64,000 bases of DNA from Eledone cirrhosa (lineage: Eukaryota), in NCBI GenBank assembly GCA_964016885.1, contig OZ024741.1:8928001-8992000 (forward strand). Reading direction: 5' to 3'. Position numbers and translations under genes: made by a program. Below are positions 38,829-51,544 of the stretch, piece by piece. Within the stretch, counting starts at the first letter, position 1; every line of letters begins with the position of its first letter. The notes under the pieces are model-generated. The model made no database searches. It saw only the letters and a list, made by a program, of their open reading frames with translations, and was not told the DNA's origin.

Positions 38829-39273
38829 CACCTTCACCACTAATTGCTTTGACAGATGTCTTTAACCCATTGATACCAAATATTATTTGGTCAGTAGTTC
38901 GTGTGTAAGTTAGTAAATAAATAAATAAATAAATATATATACATGCTTTTGTGTCTGTGTCTATATATGTATGTTTCCATGCATGAATGAATACACTAAG
39001 CTTTAGATTCAGTAGAATGTACGACCACTGATTCCAGCTATCTGCACTATCGTATATTTAGGTTTCTATATATTCCTGGGGAATTGGTTGACAAAATGCT
39101 TTGCTTAATTGTTTTATTTATTTTAAACAGATTTCTTCTTTCTCTTAGATTTCAGGTATTTTTTCAAAGCAAAGCATTGGACCCTAAAATAATACAGTGG
39201 GCCCTGCAATGATATTGTGGGCTCTTGCAAAGCTACCATTGGGCAACCTGACAACCTGGCCAGTCCGCCACTA
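37539..39273 (+). mobile_element. hAT-like MITE, copy 2, interrupted
   Basis: Left end CAGTGGTAGACTGG, right end CCAGTCCGCCACTA; the body matches 1-895; about 38340-39085 is inserted material; no matching 8-bp TSD. Confidence 0.65.
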
Positions 39274-39400
<127 letters not shown>

Positions 39401-39439
39401 CCGTCTGTATCAAGATAGAAATAGGGTAGAAGTGGTAAA

Positions 39440-39583
39440 TATACGGTATTTTTTTAAGTCTCAAAAATCTACCATGCATCTTGGAGGCCGAAGGTTGTTT
39501 ATTATTTTGTTTCAAATTTTTGGTTGTTAAAATTAGGGTGCGTTCTCGAGGACGAAGCGTCTTCGGCGCCGAGAAATACGGTA
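39440..39583. mobile_element. Probable pogo/Tigger-like terminus
   Basis: Ends tagggtgcgt..gagaaatacggTA, resembling CCGTATTT-type TIRs with a TA target. Confidence 0.35.
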
Positions 39584-39636
39584 GTTATTTCTACCACATT
39601 CACGATTTAGTGACGATTAATAGGTTTAATACTACT

Positions 39637-40050
39637 CCTAAAATTATATTTAGACAAAAGATCCTTCTCTGCAAATAGAATTCCATTCAAAGCTCTAGAT
39701 ATTATGTTTTCTCAATAGAAATTCAAGTTAGCAACAAGAATGGAAAATAGAAACTAAAAGTTAAAATCCTGTTTTAAGTAAAGAATATCAGCTAAAGTAT
39801 GGAAGGTGAAAGTTTAAACATAGAACTAGTTAATATCATCCTTCGTTACATGAACTAACAAAGAAAATAGCAGAGTGAGGGAGAATATATAAAATATATA
39901 TATTTGTTTCTATTTTTGGAACAAGGCCAGCAATAATAAAGTACCAGTAATATACTGGTATTATTGGTACTTTATTTTATCGACCCCGTAAAGATGAAAG
40001 GCAAAGTTAACCTTAGCGGGATTTGAACTCAGAACGTAAAGGGCCGTAAC
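39637..40050. repeat. Left arm of a ~400-bp inverted repeat (flank + SINE body)
   Basis: Near-perfect reverse complement of about 43160-43585. Confidence 0.9.
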
Positions 40051-40064
40051 TCATGCCTACAAAG

Positions 40065-42623
40065 CATGGTGTCCGACACTCTACCGATACTGTCATTCCA
40101 CCACCCTAGCATGGCGTCCACCCATTACCGATACTGCCAATCCACGGCTCTAACATGGCGTCCCACCCTCTACCGATACTGCCAATCCATCAACCTAACA
40201 TGGCGTCCCACCCTCTACCGATACTGCCAATCCACCACCCTAACATGGCGTCCCACCCTCTACCGATACTGCCAATCCACCACCCTAACATGGCGTCCCA
40301 CCCTCTACCGATACTGCCAATCCACGACACTAACATGGCGTCCAACCCTCTACCGATACTGCCAATCCACGGCTCTAACATGGCGTCCCACCCTCTACCG
40401 ATACTACCAATACACCACCCTAACATGGCGTCCCACCCTCTACCGATACTGCCAATCCACGACACTAACATGGCGTCCCACCCTCTACCGATACTGCCAA
40501 TCCACCACCCTAACATGGCGTCCCACCCTCTACCGATACTGCCAATCCACGACACTAACATGGCGTCCCACCCTCTACCGATACTGCCAATCCACCACCC
40601 TAACATGGCGTCCCACCCTCTACCGATACTGCCAATCCACGACACTAACATGGCGTCCCACCCTCTACCGATACTGCCAATCCACGGCTCTAACATGGCG
40701 TCCCACCCTCTACCGATACTACCAATACACCACCCTAACATGGCGTCCCACCCTCTACCGATACTGCCAATCCACCGCCCTAACATGGCGTCCCACCCTC
40801 TACCGACACTACCAATACACCACCCTAACATGGCGTCCCACCCTCTACCGATACTGCCAATCCACCGCCCTAACATGGCGTCCCACCCTCTACCGATACT
40901 GCCAATCCACCGCCCTAACATGGCGTCCCACCCTCTACCGATACTACCAATACACCACCCTAACATGGCGTCCCACCCTCTACCGATACTGTCAATCCAC
41001 CATCCTAACATGGCGTCCGACCCTCTACAGATACTGACAATCCACCATCCTAACATGGCGTCCGACCCTCTACAGATACTGCCAATCCACCGCCCTAACA
41101 TGGCGTCCCACCCTCTACCGATACTGCCAATCCACCACCCTAACATGGCGTCCCACCCTCTACCGATACTGTCAATCCATCACCCTAACATGGCGTCCCA
41201 CCCTCTACCGATACTGCCAATCCACCACCCTAACATGGCGTCCCACCCTCTACCGATACTGCCAATCCACCACGCTAACATGGCGTCCGACCCTCTACCG
41301 ATACTGCCAATCCACCACCTTAACATGGCGTCCCACCCTTTACCGATACTGCCAATCCACCACCCTAACATGGCGTCCGACCCTCTACCAATACTGCCAA
41401 TCCCCCACCCTAGCATGGCCTCAGACCCTCTACCGATACTGCCAATCCACCACCCTAACATGGCGTCCGACCCTCTACCGATACTGCCAAACCACCACCT
41501 TAACATGGCGTCCCACCCTTTACCGATACTGCCAATCCACCACCCTAACATGGCGTCCGACCCTCTACCAATACTGCCAATCCCCCACCCTAGCATGGCC
41601 TCAGACCCTCTACCGATACTGCCAATCCACCGCCCTAACATGGCGTCCCACCCTCTACCGATACTGCCAATCCACGACACTAACATGGCGTCCCACCCTC
41701 TACCGACACTACCAATACACCACCCTAACATGGCGTCCCACCCTCTACCAATACTGCCAATCCCCCACCCTAGCATGGCCTCAGACCCTCTACCGATACT
41801 GCCAATCCACCGCCCTAACATGGCGTCCCACCCTCTACCGATACTGCCAATCAGTCACCCTAACATGGCGTCCCACCCTCTACCGACACTACCAATACAC
41901 CACCCTAACATGGCGTCCCACCCTCTACCGATATTGCCAATCCCCCACCCTAGCATGGCCTCAGACCCTCTACCGATGCTGCCAATCCACCGCCCTAACA
42001 TGGCGTCCCACCCTCTACCGATACTGCCAATCAGTCACCCTAACATGGCGTCCCACCCTCTACCGATACTGCCAATCCACCGCCCTAACATGGCGTCACA
42101 CCCTCTACCGATACTGCCAATCCACCACCCTAGCATGGCGTCCCACCCTCTACCGATACTGCCAATCCACCACCTTAACATGACGTCCGACCCTCTACCG
42201 ATACTGCCAATCCACCACCGTAACATGGCGTCTGACCCTCTACCGATACTGCCAATCCACCACCCTAGCATGGCGTCCCACCGTCTACCGATACTGCCAT
42301 TCCACCACCCTAACATGGCGTCCCACCCTCTACCGATACTGACAATCCACCACCCTAACATGGCGTCCCACCCTCTACCGATACTGCCAATCCACCACCT
42401 TAACATGGCGTCCGACCCTCTACCGATACTGCCAATCCACCATCCTAACATGGCGTCCCACCCTCTACCGATACTGCCATTCCACCACCCTAACATGGCG
42501 TCCCACCCTCTACCGATACTGCCAATCCACCACCTTAACATGGCGTCCGACCCTCTACCGATACTGCCAATCCACCATCCTAACATGGCGTCCGACCCTC
42601 TACCGATACTGCCAATCCACCGC
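40065..42623 (-). repeat. 45-bp minisatellite (~57 copies) derived from the SINE head
   Basis: Unit catggcgtcc(c/g)accctctaccgatactgccaatccaccaccctaa is the reverse complement of the SINE 5' end gcggtg(a/g)attggcagtatcggtagagggtcggacgccatg; contiguous with the SINE body at 39905-40065. Confidence 0.93.
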
Positions 42624-42924
42624 AATAATGAGAGATGATATGTATTGAGACATGAAAAGAAAAAGAAGAGAAAGAAGAAGAAACTACAGGTAAAACTGAA
42701 GGTTTCCACAGAGTAGATGTATACCGTGAATGGTGAATATTGTCATTTCTGTTAACAATCTAGTGGGGAAAATCAGTCAACTTTGTCTTTGTAACGTGAA
42801 TATAAAATCCATTGTCCGATCGTTATCGGATTAAGTGAGGGGGGGGGGGGGGGGTGCATGGCCTTCTTTTCGTTTTTTATTTTTTTATTTTCATCTCTCA
42901 ATACATATAATCTCTCATCATATG

Positions 42925-43312
42925 TGAATTGGCAGTGGATTGGCAGAATCGGTAGAGGGTCGGACGCCATGCTTTGAAACAGAGTTACCACCTTTTATGA
43001 TCTGAGCTCAAATCTCGCTGAGGTTAACTTTGCCTTTAATCATTACGGGATCGATAAAATGAAGTACCAGTAATGTACTGGGTAGTTGCTGGCCTTGTGC
43101 CAAAAGTAGAAACAATTATATGTGAATTGGCAGTATCAGTTAGATACCATGACTTACAGCATAGAGTTATGGCGCTTTACGTTCTGATTTCAAATCCCGC
43201 CAAGGTTAACTTTGCCTTTCATCTTTACGGGGTCGATAAAATAAAGTACCAATAATACCAGTATATTACTGGTACTTTATTATTGCTGGCCTTGTTCCAA
43301 AAGTAGAAACAA
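42925..43312 (+). mobile_element. Two tandem tRNA-derived SINE copies
   Basis: Heads at about 42925 and 43122 with A and B boxes and the conserved 3' end aaagtagaaacaa. Confidence 0.85.
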
Positions 43313-43585
43313 ATATATATATTTTATATATTCTCCCTCACTCTGCTATTTTCTTTGTTAGTTCATGTAACGAAGGATGATATTAACTAGTTCTATGTTT
43401 AAACTTTCACCTTCCATACTTTAGCTGATATTCTTTACTTAAAACAGGATTTTAACTTTTAGTTTCTATTTTCCATTCTTGTTGCTAACTTGAATTTCTA
43501 TTGAGAAAACATAATATCTAGAGCCTTGAATGGAATTCTATTTGCGGGGGAGGAGCAATTCTATTGTCTAAGCATAATTTTAGGG
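43160..43585. repeat. Right arm of the ~400-bp inverted repeat
   Basis: Reverse complement of 39637-40050. Confidence 0.9.
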
Positions 43586-43919
43586 ATAGTCTGCTTTCAA
43601 CTCTATAGACACCTAAAAACCATTGTGATAGTGTTGCTAGGGTAGATAATACAAAGGTATGCTTGATTACAAGTTATTCTTGATTACAAGCAGGGAAAAG
43701 CGGACGTAAAATGATGATGATGATGATGATGACGATATATATATATACAGGAAGTCATCATAAGTGGGGGTTTCTCATGACTGCATAAGAACAAAAACAT
43801 ATTAGCACCATATATACTTGGCATGGCAATAAAATCTTTACAATAGTAGGTTGTGTGCCGTATATAGCAGTAAATGTAGTTAATATTAGTTGGAATTTGA
43901 AGTTTATTGTACGTGTGTG

Positions 43920-45167
43920 ATATTCTGTATGAATGGTGTATTTTGTCACAGGTCTATTATATTCTGTATGGATGATGTATTTTGTCACAGGTCTATTATA
44001 TTCTGTATGGATGATGTATTTTGTCACAGGTCTATTATATTCTGTATGGATGCTGTATTTTGTCACAGGTCTATTATATTCTGTATGGATGCTGTATTTT
44101 GTCACAGGTCTATTATATTCTGTATGGATGATGTATTTTGTCACAGGTCTATTATATTCTGTATGGATGCTGTATTTTGTCACAGGTCTATTATATTCTG
44201 TATGGATGCTGTATTTTGTCACAGGTCTATTATATTCTGTATGGATGATGTATTTTGTCACAGGTCTATTATATTCTGTATGGATGATGTATTTTGTCAC
44301 AGGTCTATTATATTCTGTATGGATGCTGTATTTTGTCACAGGTCTATTATATTCTGTATGGATGATGTATTTTGTCACAGGTCTATTATATTCTGTATGG
44401 ATGCTGTATTTTGTCACAGGTCTATTATATTCTGTATGGATGCTGTATTTTGTCACAGGTCTATTATATTCTGTATGGATGCTGTATTTTGTCACAGGTC
44501 TATTATATTCTGTATGGATGATGTATTTTGTCACAGGTCTATTATATTCTGTATGGATGCTGTATTTTGTCACAGGTCTATTATATTCTGTATGGATGAT
44601 GTATTTTGTCACAGGTCTATTATATTCTGTATGGATGCTGTATTTTGTCACAGGTCTATTATATTCTGTATGGATGCTGTATTTTGTCACAGGTCTATTA
44701 TATTCTGTATGGATGATGTATTTTGTCACAGGTCTATTATATTCTGTATGGATGCTGTATTTTGTCACAGGTCTATTATATTCTGTATGGATGCTGTATT
44801 TTGTCACAGGTCTATTATATTCTGTATGGATGATGTATTTTGTCACAGGTCTATTATATTCTGTATGGATGATGTATTTTGTCACAGGTCTATTATATTC
44901 TGTATGGATGCTGTATTTTGTCACAGGTCTATTATATTCTGTATGGATGATGTATTTTGTCACAGGTCTATTATATTCTGTATGGATGCTGTATTTTGTC
45001 ACAGGTCTATTATATTCTGTATGGATGCTGTATTTTGTCACAGGTCTATTATATTCTGTATGGATGCTGTATTTTGTCACAGGTCTATTATATTCTGTAT
45101 GAATGCTGTATTTTGTCACAGGTCTATTATATTCTGTATGAATGCTGTATTTTGTCACAGGTCTATT
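43920..45167. repeat. 39-bp minisatellite (~32 copies)
   Basis: Unit tattctgtatggatg(a/c)tgtattttgtcacaggtctatta. Confidence 0.95.
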
Positions 45168-45255
45168 TTGTTGTTATTCTTGTGAGTTTACACTCATCAA
45201 ACTACTCAATCGACAAAAGATATTTTCCAGGGGAGATGAGTGACAATGGTCAAAC

Positions 45256-45556
45256 ACTCACTCTATAGTCCCGACTTAAATTTGTGCAATCGTTGGGTGT
45301 TCAAGTTATTAAAGCAACATCTTTGAAAATATGTTTTCGCTTCATTAGAAGAGATGGTAGATGAATCGTGGCACTGGTTTCGACAATTGCCGAAGGAATG
45401 GTTCCAGAAAGAATTAAATGTTTTACATAAGCACTGTAAATATGTTATTGCATTCAATGGCAATTATGTTTTGCAGAATAAATCAATTTTAGTTTCAATA
45501 TGTTGTGAATTTTCATTTAAAGGGTTATTCTATAGACTTTATTGCCACGCCAAGTA
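45256..45556 (+). pseudogene. Tc1/mariner transposase C-terminal remnant and right end
   Basis: Translation LYSPDLNLCNRWVFKLLKQHL*KYVFASLEEM..WFRQLPKEWFQKELNVL..VIAFNGNYV (YSPDL motif), then a TIR-like actttattgccacgccaagTA. Confidence 0.75.
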
Positions 45557-45557
45557 C

Positions 45558-45593
<36 letters not shown>

Positions 45594-45648
45594 GAAGAGA
45601 GAGGGGGTAAGAGAGAGAGAGAGAGAGAGAGGGTGAGAGAGAGAGAGA

Positions 45649-45698
<50 letters not shown>

Positions 45699-45935
45699 GA
45701 GAGAGATAAAGAGAAAGTGAAGTTGAAAATAGCACGGAAAATATATTTTAGGGTCTGTTTTTCTTTTTTATCCTTTCCTTGATTCGTCAAAGTGACATTA
45801 TTGAAAGGATGAGAGGGACAATTTTTAAAAGAAGTTTTATGATGTATATAAAGTATATAAAGTGTATAAAGTATATATATATATATATATATATATGCAA
45901 ACACATATATATATATATATATGTGTGTATATATA

Positions 45936-46048
<113 letters not shown>

Positions 46049-46126
46049 TATATATATATATATACACACACACATATATAATATATGTGTGTGTATATAT
46101 ATATATTTATTATTTATATATATATA

Positions 46127-46656
46127 TGACGGCTGCCCCCTCGTTATCGAGTATGGCCATTGCACGATATACCATTATTAATAATTATTAATTAATTCTA
46201 TCGTGCAATGCCTGTGCGTGAAGATATCTTTTAAAGTGAGGAAAGACTGTGCACTGAGCCAATCCCACTCTCTGAGCGACAGTAGCTATAACCCGAAAAG
46301 AGGAAAAGATCAACATCATCGGTAACTACTGAGCTACAGGTTTTATATCGGAGTTATCCCAGTTTCCTGAGTTGCCTTCTCCTAGAAGAATGCCCTGACA
46401 AAGGCAAGGGGTCCTTCACTCCCAGTGGTTTAACCGCGCGGTACATGTGTATATACATATTTACACACTTTCGGATGGCCGTTGACTCTTATGAGTTCCT
46501 CCGCCTCTGTCAGGTTTTGTTTTTTGTCCTGCAGGCTGTCCCAAATCCTCCTCCTCACCAAGGAAACTTGGTGGGGGTGCCGGTTTATTAACGCGACCAT
46601 GACCACGCGACAGGTTGTACTGGGTTACATGTTAGCAGTAGCACTCAAGAGTGACC
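46127..46656 (-). repeat. Dispersed repeat related to 26190-26795
   Basis: Colinear shared blocks. Confidence 0.65.
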
Positions 46657-46664
46657 ACACACAC

Positions 46665-46716
<52 letters not shown>

Positions 46717-46982
46717 GGGTGTGTGTGTATATATGTATATATACTCATACATACATACATATACAAATGTATATGTGCGTGTATATACTGTTTTAAATGT
46801 CAATAAAAAGGAAGAAAAAGATAACGAATGTATGTGAGGAGAGGGAGGGGGAGTTAGAGGCGAACAACGGTCTGCTGTCGGTTACGGTGTTCTGCTCTCG
46901 CGGGATTTCTCGTCAGACGAGAGTAAATTACGGAGTTAATCTAGTCACACACGCATTTGGACATTTGTAACAGTGAATCAAT

Positions 46983-49016
46983 CCACCACCACCACCACCA
47001 CCACAACCACTACCACCACTACCACCACCAGCACCACCTCTACCACCACTACCACCACCACAACCACTACCACCACTACCACCACAACCACCACCACAAC
47101 CACTACCACCACTACCACCACCAGCACCACCTCTACCACCACTACCACCACCACAACCACTACCACCACTACCACCACAACCACCACCACAACCACTACC
47201 ACCACTACCACCACCAGCACCACCTCTACCACCACTACCACCACCACAACCACTACCACCACTACCACCACAACCACCACCACAACCACTACCACCACTA
47301 CCACCACCAGCACCACCTCTACCACCACTACCACCACAACCACCACCACTACATTACACCACCACCACTACCACTACACCACCAGCACCACCTCTACCAC
47401 CACTACCACCACCACCATCACCACCACCACCATCACCACCACTACCACCACTACCACCACTACCACCACTACCACCACAAGCACCACCACCACTACATTA
47501 CACCACCACCACTACCACTACACCACCAGCACCACCTCTACCACCACTACCACTACCCCCATCACCACCACTACATTACACCACCACCACTACCACTACA
47601 CCACCAGCACCACCTCTACCACCACTACCACTACCCCCATCACCACCACCACCATCACCACCACTACCACCACTACCACCACCACTACCACTACCACCAC
47701 CACTACCACTACCACCACAAAAACAACTACCACCACCACATCTACCACCACCACCACCACGACCACGACCACCACCACCACCACCACCACCACCACCACT
47801 ACTACCACCACCACTACCACCACCACCACCACCACCACCACCACCACCACCACCACCACCACCACCACCACCACCTCTACCATCACCAACACCACCACCA
47901 CCACCACCACCACCACAAACACCGCCACCTCTACCACCACCACCACCACTACCACCACCACCACTTCCACCACTACCACCACCACCACCACTACCACCAC
48001 CGGTACCACCTCTACCACCACTACCACCACCACCACCACCACCACCACTACCACCACTACCACCACCACCACCACCACCACTAACACCACCACCACCACC
48101 GCCACCTCTGTCACCACCACCACCACTACCACTACCACCACTACCACCACTACCACCACTACCACCACTACCACCACAACCACCACGACCACTACATTAC
48201 ACCACTACCACTACCACTACGCCACCACACTACCACTACCACCACAAAAACAACTACCACCGCCACCTCTACCACCACCACCACCACCACCACCACCACC
48301 ACCACCACGGCCACCTCTACCACCACCACCACCACCACCACTACCACCACCACCACCACCACTACCATCACTACCACCACCACCACCACCACCACCACCA
48401 CCACCACCACCACTACCACCACCACCACCACCACCACCACCACCACCACCACCACCACCACCACCACCACCACCACCACCACTACCATCACTACCTCTAC
48501 CACCACCACCACCACCACTACCACCACCACCACCACTACCACCACCACCACCACTACCTCTACCACCACCACCACTACCTCTACCACCACCACCGCCACC
48601 ACCACCACCACCACCACCACCACCACCACCACCACCATCACCACCACCACTACCACCACCACCACCACTACCACCACCACCACCACTACCTCTACCACCA
48701 CCACCACTACCTCTACCACCACCACCGCCACCACTACCACCACCACCACCACCACCACCACCACCACCACCACCACCACCACCACCACCACCACCACCAC
48801 CACCACCACCACTACCATCACTACCTCTACCACCACCACCACCACCACTACCACCACCACCACCACCACCACTACCACCACTACCATCACTACCTCTACC
48901 ACCACCACCACCACTACCACCACCACCACCACCACCACCACCACCACCACCACCACCACCACCACCACCACTACCATCACTACTTCTACCACCATCACCA
49001 TCACCACCACCACTAC
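46983..49016. repeat. ~2-kb degenerate (ACC)n trinucleotide tract
   Basis: ACC/ACT units with local higher-order duplications (about 90-bp period at 47000-47340). Confidence 0.95.
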
Positions 49017-49388
49017 GTTTCCACGAACCAAAGTATCGTCTTCCTGTCTTCCTCCGGTTGCAACGTTTTTTGAAATATCCATTTCTGCGTTTACAGATTG
49101 ATTTTGTTAGTTTCAGAAGATCCCGTTAAGGGTGAAAGCAGCGATTCTTTGCTTAAACTTTAATCTGTTATTTTAATAAATATTTGCTCTACGGTTCTTA
49201 TATATTTGATATATATTTATTCTTATCGAGCCCTCTTTGGATTTTAGTCTTCAAATTTATTATTATTACTATATATATATATATATATAAATATATATTT
49301 ATTATATATATATATAACGAAGGAAATATGGTAAGGAACCAGGTGGACCATAACGCACCAAAGTACTCAATACTTAGGGTAGTAGAGT

Positions 49389-49445
<57 letters not shown>

Positions 49446-49447
<2 letters not shown>

Positions 49448-51322
49448 TTTAAATACTAGAGTGAGTTCGAGTTAAACACCCTCTTCATATTATAGAAATG
49501 ACAGTAAATATATAGCTCAATGTAATTAAACAGAGCCGAAGAATTATGAAAATAAACCAAAGAAGCCTTCAATACATCAAAAGTCTTTATTAACCAACAA
49601 TGTTTCGTCCTATTAAGGACTCATCAGGGAAAGTAAAGCTATAAGAAGCACTATCGGCCAATACAAGCCAAAAACTCTGAAGAATATGGAGTATACATAC
49701 ATTAAAGCATAGGAAAATTATCAAGTAAAAATTGCTAAGAAAGTGAATAACATTTTGAACCCATATTACAAATATAGTACAATGCAAAAACTAAAACTAA
49801 ACACAAGTGGTGATATAAAGCGAGAATTACAGTACGATATATAATATAATATAATATGATATAATTGATAATGATAATAATAATAATATTAAAAGGCCCA
49901 ATATACATATATATATATATACATATGTATATATATATATATATATATATATCAATACACATATCCATCAATACAAACACAGACTAACACTTATTAAGAG
50001 TTTAAATATAAATATAATACATATATTATTTACAGTATAAAATGATAAAGAAATGAATAAAAATAAAAATAAAAATATAATATATAATATACTATATAAT
50101 TTATAATCTCCCGTCAATTTGCACAAACAATATAAATATTACAATAACACTATAATAACAATCGGTAGAGGGTCGGACGACATGCTTTCCAGCATAGTTA
50201 CGTCCCTTTACCATCTGAGTTCAAATCCCGCCGAGGTTGACTTTGCCTTTCATCCTTACGGGGTCGATAAAATAAAGTACCAGTAATGCACTGGTAATTG
50301 CTGGCCTTGTGCCTAAAGTAGAAACAATTATAATATATTGCCATATAACTTAACAAATCATATAAAGTTACACACAGGGTGAGAAAAAATACTATACGGA
50401 ACTGAATTGTGTTGAAAAAATTGTGCTGGAAAAATATCTATACCGTTGTAATAAAACAGACGGAGGTCGATTTTTTTATACAATTGGTATAAATAAATAT
50501 TATCTAAACAATATAAAAATTATAAAAATATAAACATATTACAGAATTTACAAAATTTAACATAAGGGTACATCGAATAATCGGTAAATATTTAAGATCT
50601 ATAGTACGATTACATAAAGTGATATGATATAACAACTTCAATATCAAATAACAAACATAGTATAGAATACATAATTACATGGTTGGTAGACAGACATATG
50701 TGAATAAGTGAATAAGAACCAGACAGAAACTACGCACGGTAGTAAAAAAATATAAATAAAATCAACCGGAAATCGAAAAACAAAAACAAATATATTTACT
50801 TAGGTGTCACAAGCAGTTAAGTAAAAAAAGTTAGGAATCAAACCCGGATAAATGACTAGAAAACCTTATTAAATTAATTAATATTGAAAGTATTTAAAAT
50901 ACATAATAAGTCAATACAAAATTAGCTATGGTTTAAGTTATCAAAATCTCTAAAATTTAAGATATCTCAATAAAAATATCCAGAATAGAATGAAATATTC
51001 TACTTTCAGTTGAATAACGTTATCTAATAGAAGGACATTAAATAGAACTATGGTAGGCCAATGGGAACAGAAAAAAGAAAGGTATGGAGGATACGAAGGA
51101 GCATAAAATCATAATCAATATACTGTATAATACAATAGAAAGGAGCATAAAATGGAATTGAATATAATTATAATGTAATTGAAGGGGCGAATGGCAAGTG
51201 TGTTGGCTTGTATTGGCCGATAGTGCTTCTTATAGCTTTGCTTGCCCTGATGAGTCCTTAATAGGACGAAACATTGTTGGTTAATAAAGACTTTTGATGT
51301 ATTGAAGGCTTCTTTGGTTTAT

Positions 51323-51328
<6 letters not shown>
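49446..51328 (-). mobile_element. 5'-truncated PLE (family B relative): 3'UTR/pLTR plus inverted pLTR, interrupted by a SINE
   Basis: Similar to 58297-59990; hammerhead ctgatgagtccttaataggacgaaac on the minus strand (49602-49627) and plus strand (51247-51272); (TA)n flanks. Confidence 0.8.
50161..50331 (+). mobile_element. tRNA-derived SINE nested in the PLE 3'UTR
   Basis: atcggtagagggtcggacg..gagttcaaatcccgccgagg..aaagtagaaacaattata. Confidence 0.85.
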
Positions 51329-51379
<51 letters not shown>

Positions 51380-51470
51380 TCGATGACTTAGTTGAATTGT
51401 AATCACCTAACTCTTATATACAACAGATACCAAGCACTCAACAGTATATATTTATCCGGAGTACAATAAA

Positions 51471-51544
<74 letters not shown>

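Noticed and set aside
40066-42709. 827-aa MASHPLPILPIHHPN-repeat ORF and overlapping ORFs
   Set aside because: The 45-bp unit is a multiple of 3 and derives from a non-coding SINE head; several frames are open at once.
43758-45185. Three 389-466 aa ORFs
   Set aside because: Translation artefacts of a 39-bp tandem repeat.
46957-49129. Poly-His, poly-Thr and poly-Pro (mucin- or extensin-like) ORFs
   Set aside because: An (ACC)n tract that switches register between T and P runs, with no flanking domain or clear splice context.
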